Part shown: piece after piece, positions 22,130-35,371 of the stretch
Position numbering within the stretch: the stretch's first letter is position 1
Layout of the letters: every line of letters starts with the position of its first letter
Assembly (NCBI GenBank): GCA_054600435.1
Contig: BAAIJX010000009.1
Span: 186,001-250,000 of the forward strand
Direction: 5' to 3'
Origin: Neophaeotheca triangularis
Taxonomy: Eukaryota
DNA length: 64,000 nt
Position numbers and translations under genes: made by a program
The notes under the pieces: generated by a model
What the model was told of the DNA's origin: nothing
The model's input: only the letters and a program-made list of their open reading frames with translations
Databases searched by the model: none

Positions 22130-25100
22130 GGCGGACGGTCCGTCGCTGGAGGAAGGCAGTACGAAGGTTGGAAGAGTAGGAGCGCTGGCGGTTAGTGCTG
22201 GCCGAGGAAACCCGGATCGATCGGTGTTGCTTTCGAGTGCAGAAGTCTTGATGGAAAGACCACTAAAAATGCTAGTAGCTAGCCACGATGTTGCCTTTAC
22301 TGTCGTTAAAAGTAGAATATATCAAGGGCTCTCGGTGCGAGGTAGACAAAATGGAAAGTAAGGACATAGGTGGTCAAGCGGAACTATTCCCGTATACTAG
22401 GCGAAGGACCGAAAAGGAACAAGACGACGACAGTTCGTGTTGCAATTAGGGGTTGTTGATCAACGGTGGAGCTAGCCCTTTGATTTGACTTGCCGTCGCC
22501 GCGCACGGTCGCGGCAGTCCGTATCGGCCAGTCGAGATTGGAGGCATACTAAAGACCGTCGAGTAGAGGTGCGAGTAGAGGAGGCAATAGGTTGGGGGTA
22601 ATCGAAGGTAGATAGAGGAATATAAGTAGTCGTCGACGAGGATGCCGAGAGAAGATGTCAGCAGCTCATCTTGACTTTGCTTGGACTCGTCTTGACTGTG
22701 CTTGTCGTGCTAAATCCACGCTCGCCAAGCTTTTACCCCTGACAGACGCACGTGCTGGTTCAGGCCGTTCTTTTCTTGGCTCTAGCAGGTCCACGGACCA
22801 CGAGTACCTCCGGAGGTAACGTTAGATCTGAGAGTTATTATCATTCTTACCACCAACTTGTCACGATCGACGTCGTTCGTCACTGAACTTTACCTTACCT
22901 CCAATGCAAACTGCTCATGCTCATGCTCGACAGCAAGTAGGGAGTAAGTAGGTACTTCCGTCATCAGTACGACGCCTCGGGCTGTGGGTCGGCTGACCTA
23001 AGCTTTGCTTCCGGAAATTAAGTTACCTACTGCTAGGCCCTCATTCTCCCATCTTCTTCATCCTACCTCTAACTTGAAGGGAAGAGCTGATGCTAGAAAA
23101 GCATCTTGTCGCAGCTCTGAGATGCAGCCCACGAGATGCGAAGCTGGTTCTCACCGTCGGCGTACTTGCGCGACCTACCATGGCATCTTTTAGCAGGCGT
23201 CCTAGCTGTCAAGCCTTGTCTTCCGAACTCGACCTTGTTTCAATAGGGCGCTCCCCATACGTACCAAGAGATCACGACACTGCGCAGACCCCGTCGCAGC
23301 TCACTCGAAACACCTGTGGTGCCTGTGTACAGTGACTTTGTGAAAACTGGACGGAACAAGCTCTGGTCTCAACGTTTCGTTCCCATACCGTACTACCTCA
23401 TTGTTTGACCCTGCTTCAGCGGCGCAGAGGAGCGCTCCACCTAGGCTCCGCTACTAGCCATATGCCAGAAACCACCAGACTTCGCTGAAAAGTAGAAGCC
23501 ATCGACTAAACGAGCAATTACTTGGTGAGCTGCCGGTACACCACCCGAGTCCAAAGTATCGTCTACGTATCGAAGAGCTGTAGGCCTTCTCGGATCTCGA
23601 TGTGCGAGGCTCTGGTGATAGAGCCTGGCCACTACACACATCTCAAGATCATTCGACAATATCCCGTTTTGACCGAGCAAGACTCGTCTATAAACGAGTA
23701 CATTGAGCTATTGCTTCCACAGTCCTGTCCGGCTTAGGGTATTTTGATACCTTACGAGCGAGCAAAGCCTCTTGAATATTATAGATTCTATGCTCGTACT
23801 TCACAACAAACGCAGCGCCTACCGATCCAACCACCGATAAATAAAGTAAATCGTGGTCGACACCCCGACCGGCTCAAATCGGTACCGCCTTAATGCAAAC
23901 CCCACCGATCGGCATGGACCGGCAATTCACCAACAAACATCCAAAGTAACACCCGAATCCGGCACTGCATCTACCCCAAGACACAGAACGGCTCACCCAC
24001 ATGGACTCCCGCACGAAACCACGCTCATGAGCATCGTTCGAGCGAAAGCCCGGGCACCCAGCGCTCGGCAATCAATCCAGCCAGCTCAGCTCAGCTCGAA
24101 GCTACCACTAATTGTAGCTAAGCGCCAATCAGCGTAGGATCGTAGCCGCATAGGCGAGCCACTGCCGAGCGTGCATGAGAAGCAACCTCACTTCTCTCGC
24201 GGAAGCGGGAAGCTTTCCTGTTTGCGCGATCAGTTGGCGATTGGCGCTGTTAGAGGTACTTGAAAGGTACTACTACTGGCGTCTGGCACTTACAGAAAAC
24301 GTAAGGGCGATCGGCTTGGGGTGCATTTACCCGTGTTAAGGCACATCGAATGGTAGGTATTGACAGGGATAATCATGCCCGAGCGAGTCGGCATGCGTGA
24401 GATCGGGCGACTGCGATGCTGGTTAGGCAGTTCTGATCTCAGGCCGCTGTGATTCTGAACATGCGGCGTTCTCCCGGTAACGAGACGAGACATTTTCGGC
24501 CAGTAGGCCCATAGCCTCCGGTTTACCTAATGGCGAACAACGTAATCGCAAGCACCAGACAATCATGACGGCGAACGAAAACTGCTGGCTCATCACCAAA
24601 CATTCCCATCTGACGTTCACTGCACCGGCAGCATAGGCCTGACGTCCCTGCAGGCAAGGCTAACCGTTAGCGACGACCGTTTGTCTGCCGCCGTGGCTTG
24701 CATCCTTCCCAAGCTAAAGCGTGGAGCTAGCTAAAGATGCCCATCGAGCAGAGTAGCAGAAACGACGGCCAGTCCGAGCCGCGATATATGCATGTGCCTC
24801 GCTTTTGCGTGCCATCGACATGCTTGCGAGCCGCGCTTGCATACCGACATATTTCTTTGTTGGTGGGCGGACGATTGTTGGAGCTTTTGTTCGTCAAGCG
24901 AGCCGTTTATGATTGCACTATGACGCTCCCTTGCACGTTAAGCTCGCATTTAATATAAAGACAGGGGCATGGATGCAGCGGATATGTGAGAATTCAAGTA
25001 TCTCGCGCCTTTGTAAAATATCGATCATGTTCTCATCGACATGTTCCATTTCCAGAGACTCGGAAGCTGACGCTATTGGCGAATTGAAAAAACCAAGAAT

Positions 25101-28100
25101 CAAGAAAACATCACAACCTCCGACTGCTAGGATGCTTCCCAGCTGAAAGCAAACCACCGCTCTGTGAAAATCGTACCGTCGAAGACTTCTCATCGGAGCT
25201 GTTCCCTGCTCTGCATTACCGTCCAAAGTCGATGCCCGCTTCGGGAGTCCTGCATTTACACTCGAGAAAAGACAATCCTTGTCCCACTCCAGTACTCGCA
25301 GCGGCCCTTTTCGTCCGTCAGTGCGAGGCCTGGAGAAAGGTCAGTTTTGCGGCCCATGGTCCACACCGTACGTCTTACAGCAGCATGACCATCTTGATCA
25401 ACGATTGAGAGACCCATGCGTCTTCTCCCGTTGATGCCGCGCCGGCTCTTGCGATCCAAAGAACGCGTGCTCGTGAGAGGAAGTGCCATGGTGCGGCCAG
25501 GGTTTCGGCCCTTCTTCTAGTTAGAAGGTCAATCTAGGGGCTTGCGCAAGCGGCGTTGGCGTGGTCTTACTATACATATGTTGCAGGCAGCGCCTTTTTG
25601 GTCGACGAAACGTTCGCAGTCCAGGGCGCGGTAGATGCACGAGAAGCGCATGTAGCCGTGAGGGCCATCTGTTGACATGGTGATGGCTCTGAGCAGAGCT
25701 TCTTGGCGGTTTCAGCTCGATTGTCGACAGGTAAGTAAGTGGAATTAATGGTATTTTCGAGGAATGTGTTGGAGATCGTGGGTGGCCTAGTGGAGGCTGT
25801 CTGTGAAGTTGAAAGATGAAGTGCTTTGCGGAATTCGAGATGGATGGTACCTGGCCGGCCGTTTCGAGGGTCGAAGCAGACTACAAATACCTCGTTCCTT
25901 CGCCTACCTACCTGCTCAACTCAACAGGTCGTGCGCACCGTGCGGGAACGATATGGCGCACGCAGAGCTGTCAGAACTGTGCATCGGCCTACACTCAAGA
26001 ACTGTACGGCAGCAATGGCACTATACTACCACGATCGTGCTTCCAACAATAATACCAATCACAGTTACGCGACTGGATGCGATCGGTAGCATCGCCATCG
26101 TGCAGCGCGCCAAACCTGTTCACGAGGGTAGTCACTCTGAGAAAGTTGCGCCATTGGCTTCCCGCGAACCGCTTCCGTGCCGAAAGAGGTCGGCACAAAG
26201 GTGCAGTGTCGATTCCGAGTTCAGCAGGTAACGGCCTCGAGAAAGATTGTTGCGTGGTTGGATGACCATTTTTTGACAGCTGCAAGGCACTGCAGCCACC
26301 CGCGGTCCGCGTGCTTCGGACAGCGAAGCGACGAAGCGCTGGTCTGCCAGTGGACTCTGCAACAGGCTCGTGCAGGAGCATTGTGAAAGGTTGGGGCTGG
26401 CGCGGAGGCAGTCGTGAGGCTCGCACGTGTTTTTCATCCAGGGCGGTGTCCTTATTCCCTAGTGAGGCAATGATTTGATGATAAGCGGGCTACGCTCATC
26501 CATGACTTGCGCAGCCAAGTTTGCTTCGTATGAAGAGTGTGGTGTTTCGTACGCGAAAAGCCGCCTAAAAGTCCTGGCAGTCTTGCACGCTCTTTGAGCC
26601 GACCGGGTAGGTGGTCAATGGCTCAGCCGAAGGTCAAGATGTCGGCATGCACAGTGTGAATGGCTGTCGCTGTGGCTGGAACCTCAGCTGCCAGCGACTC
26701 GCTTCTCCTTGGAGGTGTAAGCGGACGTTCGTTTGGCTTGGCTTGAAAGCATCGAAAGTCGGTCACTCGCAAGACACGCCAGTCGCAGCGAGCTGAGAGC
26801 GCCATTCCCTTGGTCCGGCCACGCTCGTGCGTCCACCAGTGTGCAGACGGTAGACGCGGTGCTCCCTTTTCGCCTGAATCTTATAGGTAGGTTCCCAGCT
26901 GGCGGAGGCCAATGAGTGCAGCAACTTGCACGTTGATCGCAAGCACGTCTGTGCAGACAGCAGAGATTCGCCACCTTCAGGTCTTCCACATTTCGATCCA
27001 GTCTGTCGGTGTCGAGCTATCTGGTGTCTCCTGATACGGTTTCATAGGCTTTAACGAAAGTGCATTGCGAGCTTCCAGCGGGTCGGATGCCACGATCCGG
27101 GACCTCACGTTGCCATCCATGGATGGTAGGAGCAATCGGCTTCAAGTAAAGTAGTCCAAAGGATCCAGAACTTGGGACAATGTGGCCCTGGAATGGAGAG
27201 TCTCGCAAGATGTATGGAGGCAAAACAGCGCAGTCGTGGTTTACGAGCCCCCCTCGTGTCGTCTTGTCGTAATAACGAAAGGAGGCGATGTCGATGAAGG
27301 CCCTGTCAGAATTGTTCTTCAACACGTGACATAGCAGGGGTCAAAAAGAAGGAGCGGGGTAATCGCAGGTCTCTCCATGGTGAAAGGTACCTTAAGAAGT
27401 TAGTAATGTGATGGCTCCCCTAATGCCGTATGCCGTCTTGGAATAAGTTGATCCAATTATCAATCATTAATAACTACCAACACTCACAGTTACGTACTGT
27501 AGGTACTTCCTCCTACTGACAAACGTACTCTCACCGGCTAAAGTAAGTGATACATCGTATCCGACAAGCCCGGGCCCGAGCCCTCGCAAGTCACAATGAT
27601 AGGCAGTGGAGGCGATGGGTACTGTGTCGACATGTCCCCTACTCAACCTTGCAGGGAGCGCTTGATTATCAGATTCAGGGGCCATGCCATGCTACCATGC
27701 AAGCCATGGCATTATTGACAGCGCAGACTCGACGCCGGCCGTACCTGCACTATATGCAACTTGGCGCATCCATAGTCGACAAAGTCAGGAGAAACGAGGT
27801 CAATTGCTGGCCGTGTGCCCAAAGAGGCGCGCCAATCGCCTGCTCAATGAGAATAATATTCTGGAGCGGAGGGGGAAGCCATCGAGTTTTTTTCCGGGTT
27901 CTACAGATCTAGGACCTCCGGCCGGACACGATGAGAAGTTAGAACCTTTTAACTCTACAAAGGTGCCCGACCACTGTCCTAGTAAACCTGGAGCGTGGAG
28001 ACGGCGAGTGCGGCTCGTGCGGGCGGCGATAAGGCGGATACGTGCTATCAAGTTACCATGGGTACCTTGCCTACCTAGACTTTCATCTCGCCTTGCCGAG

Positions 28101-29113
28101 TGGAGGGCCCGACACTCTATCATCAGGCCCGAGTCGCCCGAGCACCCCGAGGTCATGTCAAACGGCTCGCATTATTGGTGGGCTGGCTGGACACGATATC
28201 GATACCTCCTAATTATGCAACGACGTTCGACCGCACGCAGCCTCAGGAAGCCGATCCACCTGATAACCCCCCTCCACCACAGGGTTTAAGTCGAATTTTA
28301 CTACTACTGTACATACCTCCTATGATTCGGGTCAAAGATGCCCCCACCGGTGCCCCTTTGCCCGAGAAAGCCACTGGCGTTGGACAGGGACTGTTCGAAC
28401 GTTAAATACCAGCGAAGCGGCGGTCGCACCTTTCAGCGTGCAACCCCGCCGACGGCCAGCGCTTTACGTGGGGTTTTGGCATTTTCCACTCTCTGGATAT
28501 GTCACGATGTGTGTGTTGATCGCTCAGTCGCCGCATGCAATCACTAATAGCGCCACGTCTGGGCCGAGGGGCCACTCGTAGGCCGGGCCCGATACTTCTC
28601 ATAGGCCAAAGAAATGACGGTCAAAGCAGTGCCAGTCGTGTCGCGTGGTCGCTGGTTCACACTACACTACTACTGCGGAAATGATCAACGCTTCCAAGCC
28701 CTCGAGCAACGGAGGGGACGAGCGAAAGTCAACACCATTAGACAATAATAATAATCTCTGGTCTCTCCATTCTACAAAGGCCACGACAGGTTATTATTAC
28801 TTCTTGGGCTCGACTCCTACACCTCCACCTCGCCCTGGCATTAGCACCTTCGCTTTTGTTGAACCGAGCCTTTGTCCACGATAGATCTGCAAGAAACGCG
28901 CCATGTTCTAGCGCGTGATGTGCATATGTACTCGCCGACTGATAAGACACTAGGTTACTGCATGAGCTCACAGTAGTAATGTAAACGCAGTGGCAGCATC
29001 TGGACCTCTTTTCCGACCAAGTCCCTTTGCACCTGCTCAAAAGGACTCGCGAGGTTGCCCGGAAACATCCTGTTCACTCTATCCTCGGGTCTCTTGTTCG
29101 ATTTCGACAGACC

Positions 29114-31669
29114 ATGGCATTTGCGACTCTTTCCCCACTTGGGGTCGCTGCACCCCAGACTGACAACGGTACAACCACAACTGCTCCAAGGAAGAGGAGA
29201 AGACGGACCGGCACTACAGGTGCGACGGACGACTGCTTCACATGCAGAAAGCGATCGGTCAAATGCGACCGGAAGAGGCCGTACTGCTCGTCATGCATGG
29301 ACACGGGCAAGGAATGCGCCGGATACAAAACGACGTTGACATGGGGGGTTGGCGTGGCTAGTAGAGGCAAGCTGCGTGGAATGGCATGCCCTGTTGCAAA
29401 TAAGAACATAGATGGAAGCGATGCCACGCCACAGCAAACAGAAGCCCGAAGACGCAAGAGCTCCGTCTCCAAAGTTAAGAGAGAGCATTCTGAAGTCGAA
29501 ACGAACCCTCTTCACACCTTGAGCGATGCAGCTTCAATTGCTGGAGCTGCATCGCTATCACGGGCATCACACTCGGATTCCCTCACCAGTCACTCGATGC
29601 CCATCGAAATACCCCAAGCGCAGGGCGGCTGGAATGGCTCTGCTCACCAAGAGCATCTGGATACGAGAAGCATGGTCTATGGGAACAATCACAAGCATCC
29701 CAATCTCGAAAGATTACACACATCTCTTGAACCATCTTACGATACTGTTTTTCCACAATCAGCAAATTCTATGAACTCTTATACAGGAAGCGATTACCAT
29801 TCACCATTGGAGTTCTCTCGGACGCCAAACTCCCTACGACTACCGGATGCATTCCAGTTTTATCAACGGACTTATGGGGATCGTGATCTTTCAGGCAGCT
29901 CGATCGATAGTTTGAGGTTTCAAGGAGACTCTTACGGTTCCTACGATGATAGCTACGGATCGAGTTTGGACAGCCGGATTGGCCAGGACGGTAACGGTAC
30001 TGTCAACCCAAGTCAGACGGAAATGTCTTTCAACAATGTTATCTATCCAGAAGCTGAGCTGAATTTGGAAACGGTACCGGAAGAGCAGTTCAATATGGGT
30101 ACATTTGGTTTGCCGAATGAACAGCAAGATCATCCGGAATACGAACACAAGGGTATGACTTTTATGAATATGCGGTTTGGGGCTACAGCGTTGCAATTGT
30201 CGCCGAGGCTGCGGACCCTGCTTGATTACTACGATCGAAACGTCTGTCCGTTCTTGGTAGCCTTCGACGGGCCCAGCAATCCTTACAGGATGCACGTATT
30301 GCAACTGGCGATGCAGAACGAAGGGCTGCAGAGTGCAATTGCCGCGTTAGCTACTAATAACATGCGCATGCGCAGAAAGCAGCCGCAAAGCATAGGCTAC
30401 ATAGAGGAGCTTGATCCAAACAATGAGCCTACGCCGGAGGAGACCTGCTACAAGAGCATGTCTATAGATCAGCTCAACATGCAGCTGTCTGACCCTAGAG
30501 CTGCACAAGACGACTCTGTACTAGCCACGTTGTTGATCCTCTGTCTCTTCCATGTCTGCGACTCGGGCTTCAGCAAGTTCAAGACGCAATTGGCCGGCGT
30601 TCAGAGGCTGCTTTCCATGCGCGATCCAGCTACGCAGTCGGGCTTCACTGGGTGGATCGAGACCTTTTTCACCTGGTTTGATGTCATGACGAGCACTGTC
30701 AACGACCGCGAAACTCAAATCAGAGGTGATTCGCTAGACATGCTCGATTTCTCCGCCAACCTTGGTACCCTCGAACATTACTCAGGCTGCGATGGTAGGC
30801 TTTTCAAGATCATCGCTCGCTTGGGCAGGCTGAACCTCCTGTCTCAAAACCGGCCAGTCCGCAACGATGCCGCAGAAGAGACTCCTCGCGCGTCGCCAAA
30901 GCCGCATGATCACTACGCGGCTAGCCATACCAACGGATCCGGCCCGTTCTCCGCCCTCGACTACGCCAACCTCGACGGGAATGGGTGGTGCGCACCTGTC
31001 TTCCCAATGCCAGAAGAAATCACCGACTCCGCCGACACCAACCCCGCTTACGACGAGCGCAAGCTCTTTTGGAGCGAATGGCACGACATCCAACGGCGGC
31101 TGCAAACCTGGCAGATCGACCTTGCCACGCTGCCCGTAGCCTCACCAGACACGACACAACTCGCGCCTCCGGATCCAAACGCCCCTCTGACCCAAGAGCA
31201 AACGGACCTCATCCACATCAGCGAGAGCTTCCGCTTCTCAGCCCTCCTCTACATCGAACGCCTCGCGCACCCTCTCCTGCCCTCCTCGGCGCCCAATTTC
31301 CAAGCCCTCGTCTCTCAATCCCTTTACCACATGACAGCCCTCGACATCACGAGCTGCGTCAACAAGTTCCTGCTCTGGCCGCTCTTCATCACGGGCACCG
31401 AGTGCGTTGACGAGGAAACCCAACGCAGCGTCGTGCGCGACAGATGCATCGAAATACAAAAGGAGAGCGGCTTTTTCAACAACTTGTCCGGGCTGGAGGT
31501 GCTGGAGCGGGTATGGAGGGATGCCAACCCGGGCGGTATTCATGGCGAGTTGGCCGAGGTTACGGCCCGCAGAATGGATGCTGCGGCGGGCAGGGACGGC
31601 AGGTTCGGCCAGGCTTTTAGATGGCGCAAGGCTATGGATCGCGTTGATGGGGAGTATATCTTGATTTGA
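29114..31669 (+). CDS. Zn(II)2Cys6 transcription factor with C-terminal fungal-specific TF domain, ACR-2-like
   Basis: CFTCRKRSVKCDRKRPYCSSC......C, followed by GYKTTLTWGVGVASRGKLRG. C-terminal FD...NPYR, FFTWFDVM and LLWPLFITGTEC. Confidence 0.85.
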   Translation: MAFATLSPLGVAAPQTDNGTTTTAPRKRRRRTGTTGATDDCFTCRKRSVKCDRKRPYCSSCMDTGKECAGYKTTLTWGVGVASRGKLRGMACPVANKNIDGSDATPQQTEARRRKSSVSKVKREHSEVETNPLHTLSDAASIAGAASLSRASHSDSLTSHSMPIEIPQAQGGWNGSAHQEHLDTRSMVYGNNHKHPNLERLHTSLEPSYDTVFPQSANSMNSYTGSDYHSPLEFSRTPNSLRLPDAFQFYQRTYGDRDLSGSSIDSLRFQGDSYGSYDDSYGSSLDSRIGQDGNGTVNPSQTEMSFNNVIYPEAELNLETVPEEQFNMGTFGLPNEQQDHPEYEHKGMTFMNMRFGATALQLSPRLRTLLDYYDRNVCPFLVAFDGPSNPYRMHVLQLAMQNEGLQSAIAALATNNMRMRRKQPQSIGYIEELDPNNEPTPEETCYKSMSIDQLNMQLSDPRAAQDDSVLATLLILCLFHVCDSGFSKFKTQLAGVQRLLSMRDPATQSGFTGWIETFFTWFDVMTSTVNDRETQIRGDSLDMLDFSANLGTLEHYSGCDGRLFKIIARLGRLNLLSQNRPVRNDAAEETPRASPKPHDHYAASHTNGSGPFSALDYANLDGNGWCAPVFPMPEEITDSADTNPAYDERKLFWSEWHDIQRRLQTWQIDLATLPVASPDTTQLAPPDPNAPLTQEQTDLIHISESFRFSALLYIERLAHPLLPSSAPNFQALVSQSLYHMTALDITSCVNKFLLWPLFITGTECVDEETQRSVVRDRCIEIQKESGFFNNLSGLEVLERVWRDANPGGIHGELAEVTARRMDAAAGRDGRFGQAFRWRKAMDRVDGEYILI

Positions 31670-32119
31670 TTGTTCAGGGGGTTAGACAAGAAAAGCAGGC
31701 TTTCGGCTTTGTTTTGTTTTGTTTGTTCGTTTCTTTTGGCTGGGATGGGATGGGAAAAGCGATGATGGTATCTCGGAGCTGGCTTTATTATGTAGCTACG
31801 TCTTGGGTGTACAAATTACACATAAGTCGTCTTTCTTTCGTCGGCCCACACAGTCTCAGTCTGTCGATTCTTTCCCTCTTGGCCCGGCCTTGGTCGGCAC
31901 GAAATGTTCGAATATCCCAAGGTTGACATCAAAACGACAACGAGCTTGACTTTGAGCGGACAGCATCAAGTCCGCCGGCCCTACTCACCCGGAGTCTACC
32001 TTTTCGAAAAAGAATCCAAGACGATACTGAAAAAGGATTAAATTTCCCACTGACAAGTGACATTCGAGACCATTCAGAAGCGCTATTGTAGCACACCATC
32101 CAAGTGCCATGAAGACCAC

Positions 32120-33976
32120 CTAAGCCCTCTCCCCCCTCTCCCTTGCCCGTTTCTCCGCCTCATCAACCTCATACACCTCCTCCACCATCTCCATCTTATC
32201 CTTCTCCTGCCCGTAATTCTCGGCCGCACCATTCATATGCTTCGTCATCTCGTGTCCCTTGCGTCCTATCAAATACCAAGGCAGCTCAAACACGGCATCA
32301 ATCGCTTCGAGGCTCTTGCCCGCCAGTTCCGGCAAGCAGAAGTATACCCACACCAAACCGAGCAGCGTGATGGCCACGAAGAAGAACATGGTCCCGCCGT
32401 GCGTCATGCTCACGAACATGCTCGGCACGGCTTTGCTGTTAGCAAATTGATTCGAAAAATGGACCAGCATAGCTACGGAGCCGCCAAGGGCGCGCAGTCG
32501 GAGTGGGTAGATTTCCGAGTTGATGAGGTATTCTGGAGCCGAGTGTTAGTTTCTCGTAGTTGCAAGTGGGGTTGGGAGTTGGGTGGGGGGTTACGAACGA
32601 ATTGAATTCCATCCCATAGCCCAGCCGAACCCGGAGACGTAGATGGCGACGATGGCTCCTGTTGCTGCTCTTGATTCCGAGGGGCTGGGCGTATAATCTT
32701 CATCGCCCAATTTGGGGGCGATGACCAGGAACAGGGCCATGTAAAGCATTGCAATCAGCTGGAGTGAGATGCCGGACATCAGAGCTCGACGGCGGCCGAC
32801 GTAGTCGATGAGGAAGAGGGCGCAGATGAGAGAGGACACAAACTTCACGACACCGAAGATGGCGGTTGCGAAGAGCTTTTCGTCTTGGCCCGTTTGGCCG
32901 ACCATCGCGAAGTACTGGGGAGCGTAGATTGTGATGCTGTTGTTTCGTTAGCGCGAGTTGAGGTTGAGAGGCTGGAGAATGTGGTTGCCAAGGGGTTGGA
33001 GCACTCACCTGTTAGCACCGCTCCACTGGCCCAGCAACTGAGTGCACAAAGCCAGCATCAAACGGTAACGGTTAGCCGGCAAGAACAGAAGCTCCTTCAC
33101 AGGGCCATACCACGTGGTACCCATGGTAGCTTCACGTTCACGGTTCAGCTGTTCGTTGATTTCAGCTAACTCACAATGAATGAACCAGTGATCTTCATCC
33201 AGTTGCCGGAGTTTTGCGAGGTTCTTAGAAGCCTTCTCGTTCTTGCCAACCTTGACGAGCCATCTCGGAGACTCGCTTGCAAACAGCGACAGAATGAGAA
33301 TGACAGCTGCGAAGTAGATGTGCATAAGGTTCGGAATTATCCACTGAAGGTCTGTTTCGTCGGAGATGTGGATCGAGGAACCCCAAGAGGCGAAATAGGC
33401 GAGCATGATGCCCAGATAGACCGAGCCGGAGAATGCGCAGACGCAGAGACCGCGAATCGATTTTGGCGCCACTTCAGCCAGATAGGTGGGAGCTACGACG
33501 ACTGTTTGGCCGATTCCGAAACCCGCGATGAGGCGACCAGCGTACACCATACCGAGGCTTCCGTTTGAGGACGCGGCGAGAAAGATGGCAATACCGGCAA
33601 CCCAGAAAAAACAGAGCTGCCTGGTAGCCCACAACCGTCCAATCTTGTCGGTGATGATGAAAGCAATGAGTGCGCCGCCTATGCTGCCGAGTTGCACCAT
33701 CGACGTAATGTTAGAGAGGGTATTGGCGTATTCTGCGTCGCTGAGGTTGTCGGGGTCAAGACCGAATCTTTTCTTAAAGGGCTTTAACTCTGCTGAGGTG
33801 CCAATAAGACCTAACGGTAGGATTAGCTGGAAGATTCGTTTGAGAGTATCAACGGAACTATTCGTACCTTCGTCAATGCCACGCGCCGCGCCCATCAATC
33901 CAAATACGAAGACGCCGTACCATAGCCGCCAGTTTAGCACCTCACGCGGTGTCTCGCCAAGTGCCGTCTTGAACAT
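32120..33976 (-). CDS. MFS sugar porter (quinate permease-like); exons 33976-33868, 33810-33009, 32936-32599, 32532-32120
   Basis: DKIGR, GRLIAGFGIG, PTYLAEVAPKSIRG, ESPRWL, QWSGANSITIYAP, DYVGRR, SEIYPLRLR and PELAGKSLE after splicing three introns. Confidence 0.9.
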
Positions 33977-35371
33977 TTTGGCTGTATGTGATCGATGCGC
34001 TCCGGGAAACTCAGCAGTAGGTCCCAGTTATTCGACCGGGAGGCTAAATTATACTGGTGCTGGTGAACGAGGGAGCCAAAAGTTTCGGGACTACAGGTCT
34101 CAAGACATCAGACGAAGGAAGCTCTACTTACTTATATGTGAGCTCGTTGCAAATCTCTGCAACTCACCCCCCTCCGACTAGAGCGGAGCAGGATGCGACC
34201 CTAAGGTGCTGGAGCCGTGTCTCAAAACTTAGACTTCCATGGTAGTTCCCACCACCCCACAGATACTCCAGGCCGCTCAGGGTCGTTATGGGGGGGGGGG
34301 AGGTCTCTCGGCTCACACCAACCGCGTGGACCAAAACGAACCTGGTGGCTTGGACCTCAGTTCCATCTTGATTAAGCACACGTCGAATACATCAAGCATG
34401 TTCCAGGTTCTCTCCATGATCGGATATCGACTGTTAACAACGCACAGGGCAGTGTAGCGCTTGAATGTTGCTTGTTGCTACGCTGATCTTCTCCGGACTC
34501 GTCTGGAGGGCACTGTACACGCTAGGCCTTCCTTAGCAAGGCTTAGTGCTTGGTGGGGTTGCTTGTCTCTGGTCTTGTGCGGCTTGGACGGCTTGCTCTG
34601 CTTGGCCCTAGTTTTTTTGTATCCACCCCCAAATATGCACCATGCATTGGTGGCGCCACGCTCCATACGTTGATATTATGATCGAATTTGATTCGCTGTG
34701 TGTGAGAGTCGGCATCTGCTTGATTGACGGAAGATTTGCAAGCCGTAACCTGTGTGCCTTCAGTTGCCGACTCGCATACTTTTCAAGTCGGGAAGACAAG
34801 GCATCGTGTGGAGGACCCAACGCTACCACAACGACGAGCGATACATCAATGGAGCCTACTTTTACGTTCTAGCGCGATTTGCTCTTACTAGACGTTGAAG
34901 CAGCGTCCTCGGCGCTCTGTGCAAGCTCGATCTTCTCCCCCCGAACAACGTCTACCCCCGTCCAAGGGACCGTTCAAGGGATTCTCAGCTGCTCAAGCAC
35001 CAGCAAAGATGCTTCGGCTCATGCCGAGATCAAAATGCTGAACACACTCTCTCTCTCAAGAATGCAGTACTGCGTCGTGGGAAGTGTTTCGTATTTAAGA
35101 CCTCGTTGTGAACAGCATGGAGCTGATGATGGGTATCTTGTTTTCTAAGTCTCGATATTCGATACTCTGCGCGCAATGAGTCGCCATCTATTTGGGTCCA
35201 TTCGGTTGTGCTTACACGGTGATCTGAATCATTGACTTAAACTCAGAATATGGCGTTGCGCTCGATTGCGGTGCTATAGTGAGTCCAGAAAGCACCGAGA
35301 CAAATCAACCGCTACGCGGCGCTACCGCCTGCCCTGGGGAACCACGTGGAAAACATGAGGAGCGGTGACGA

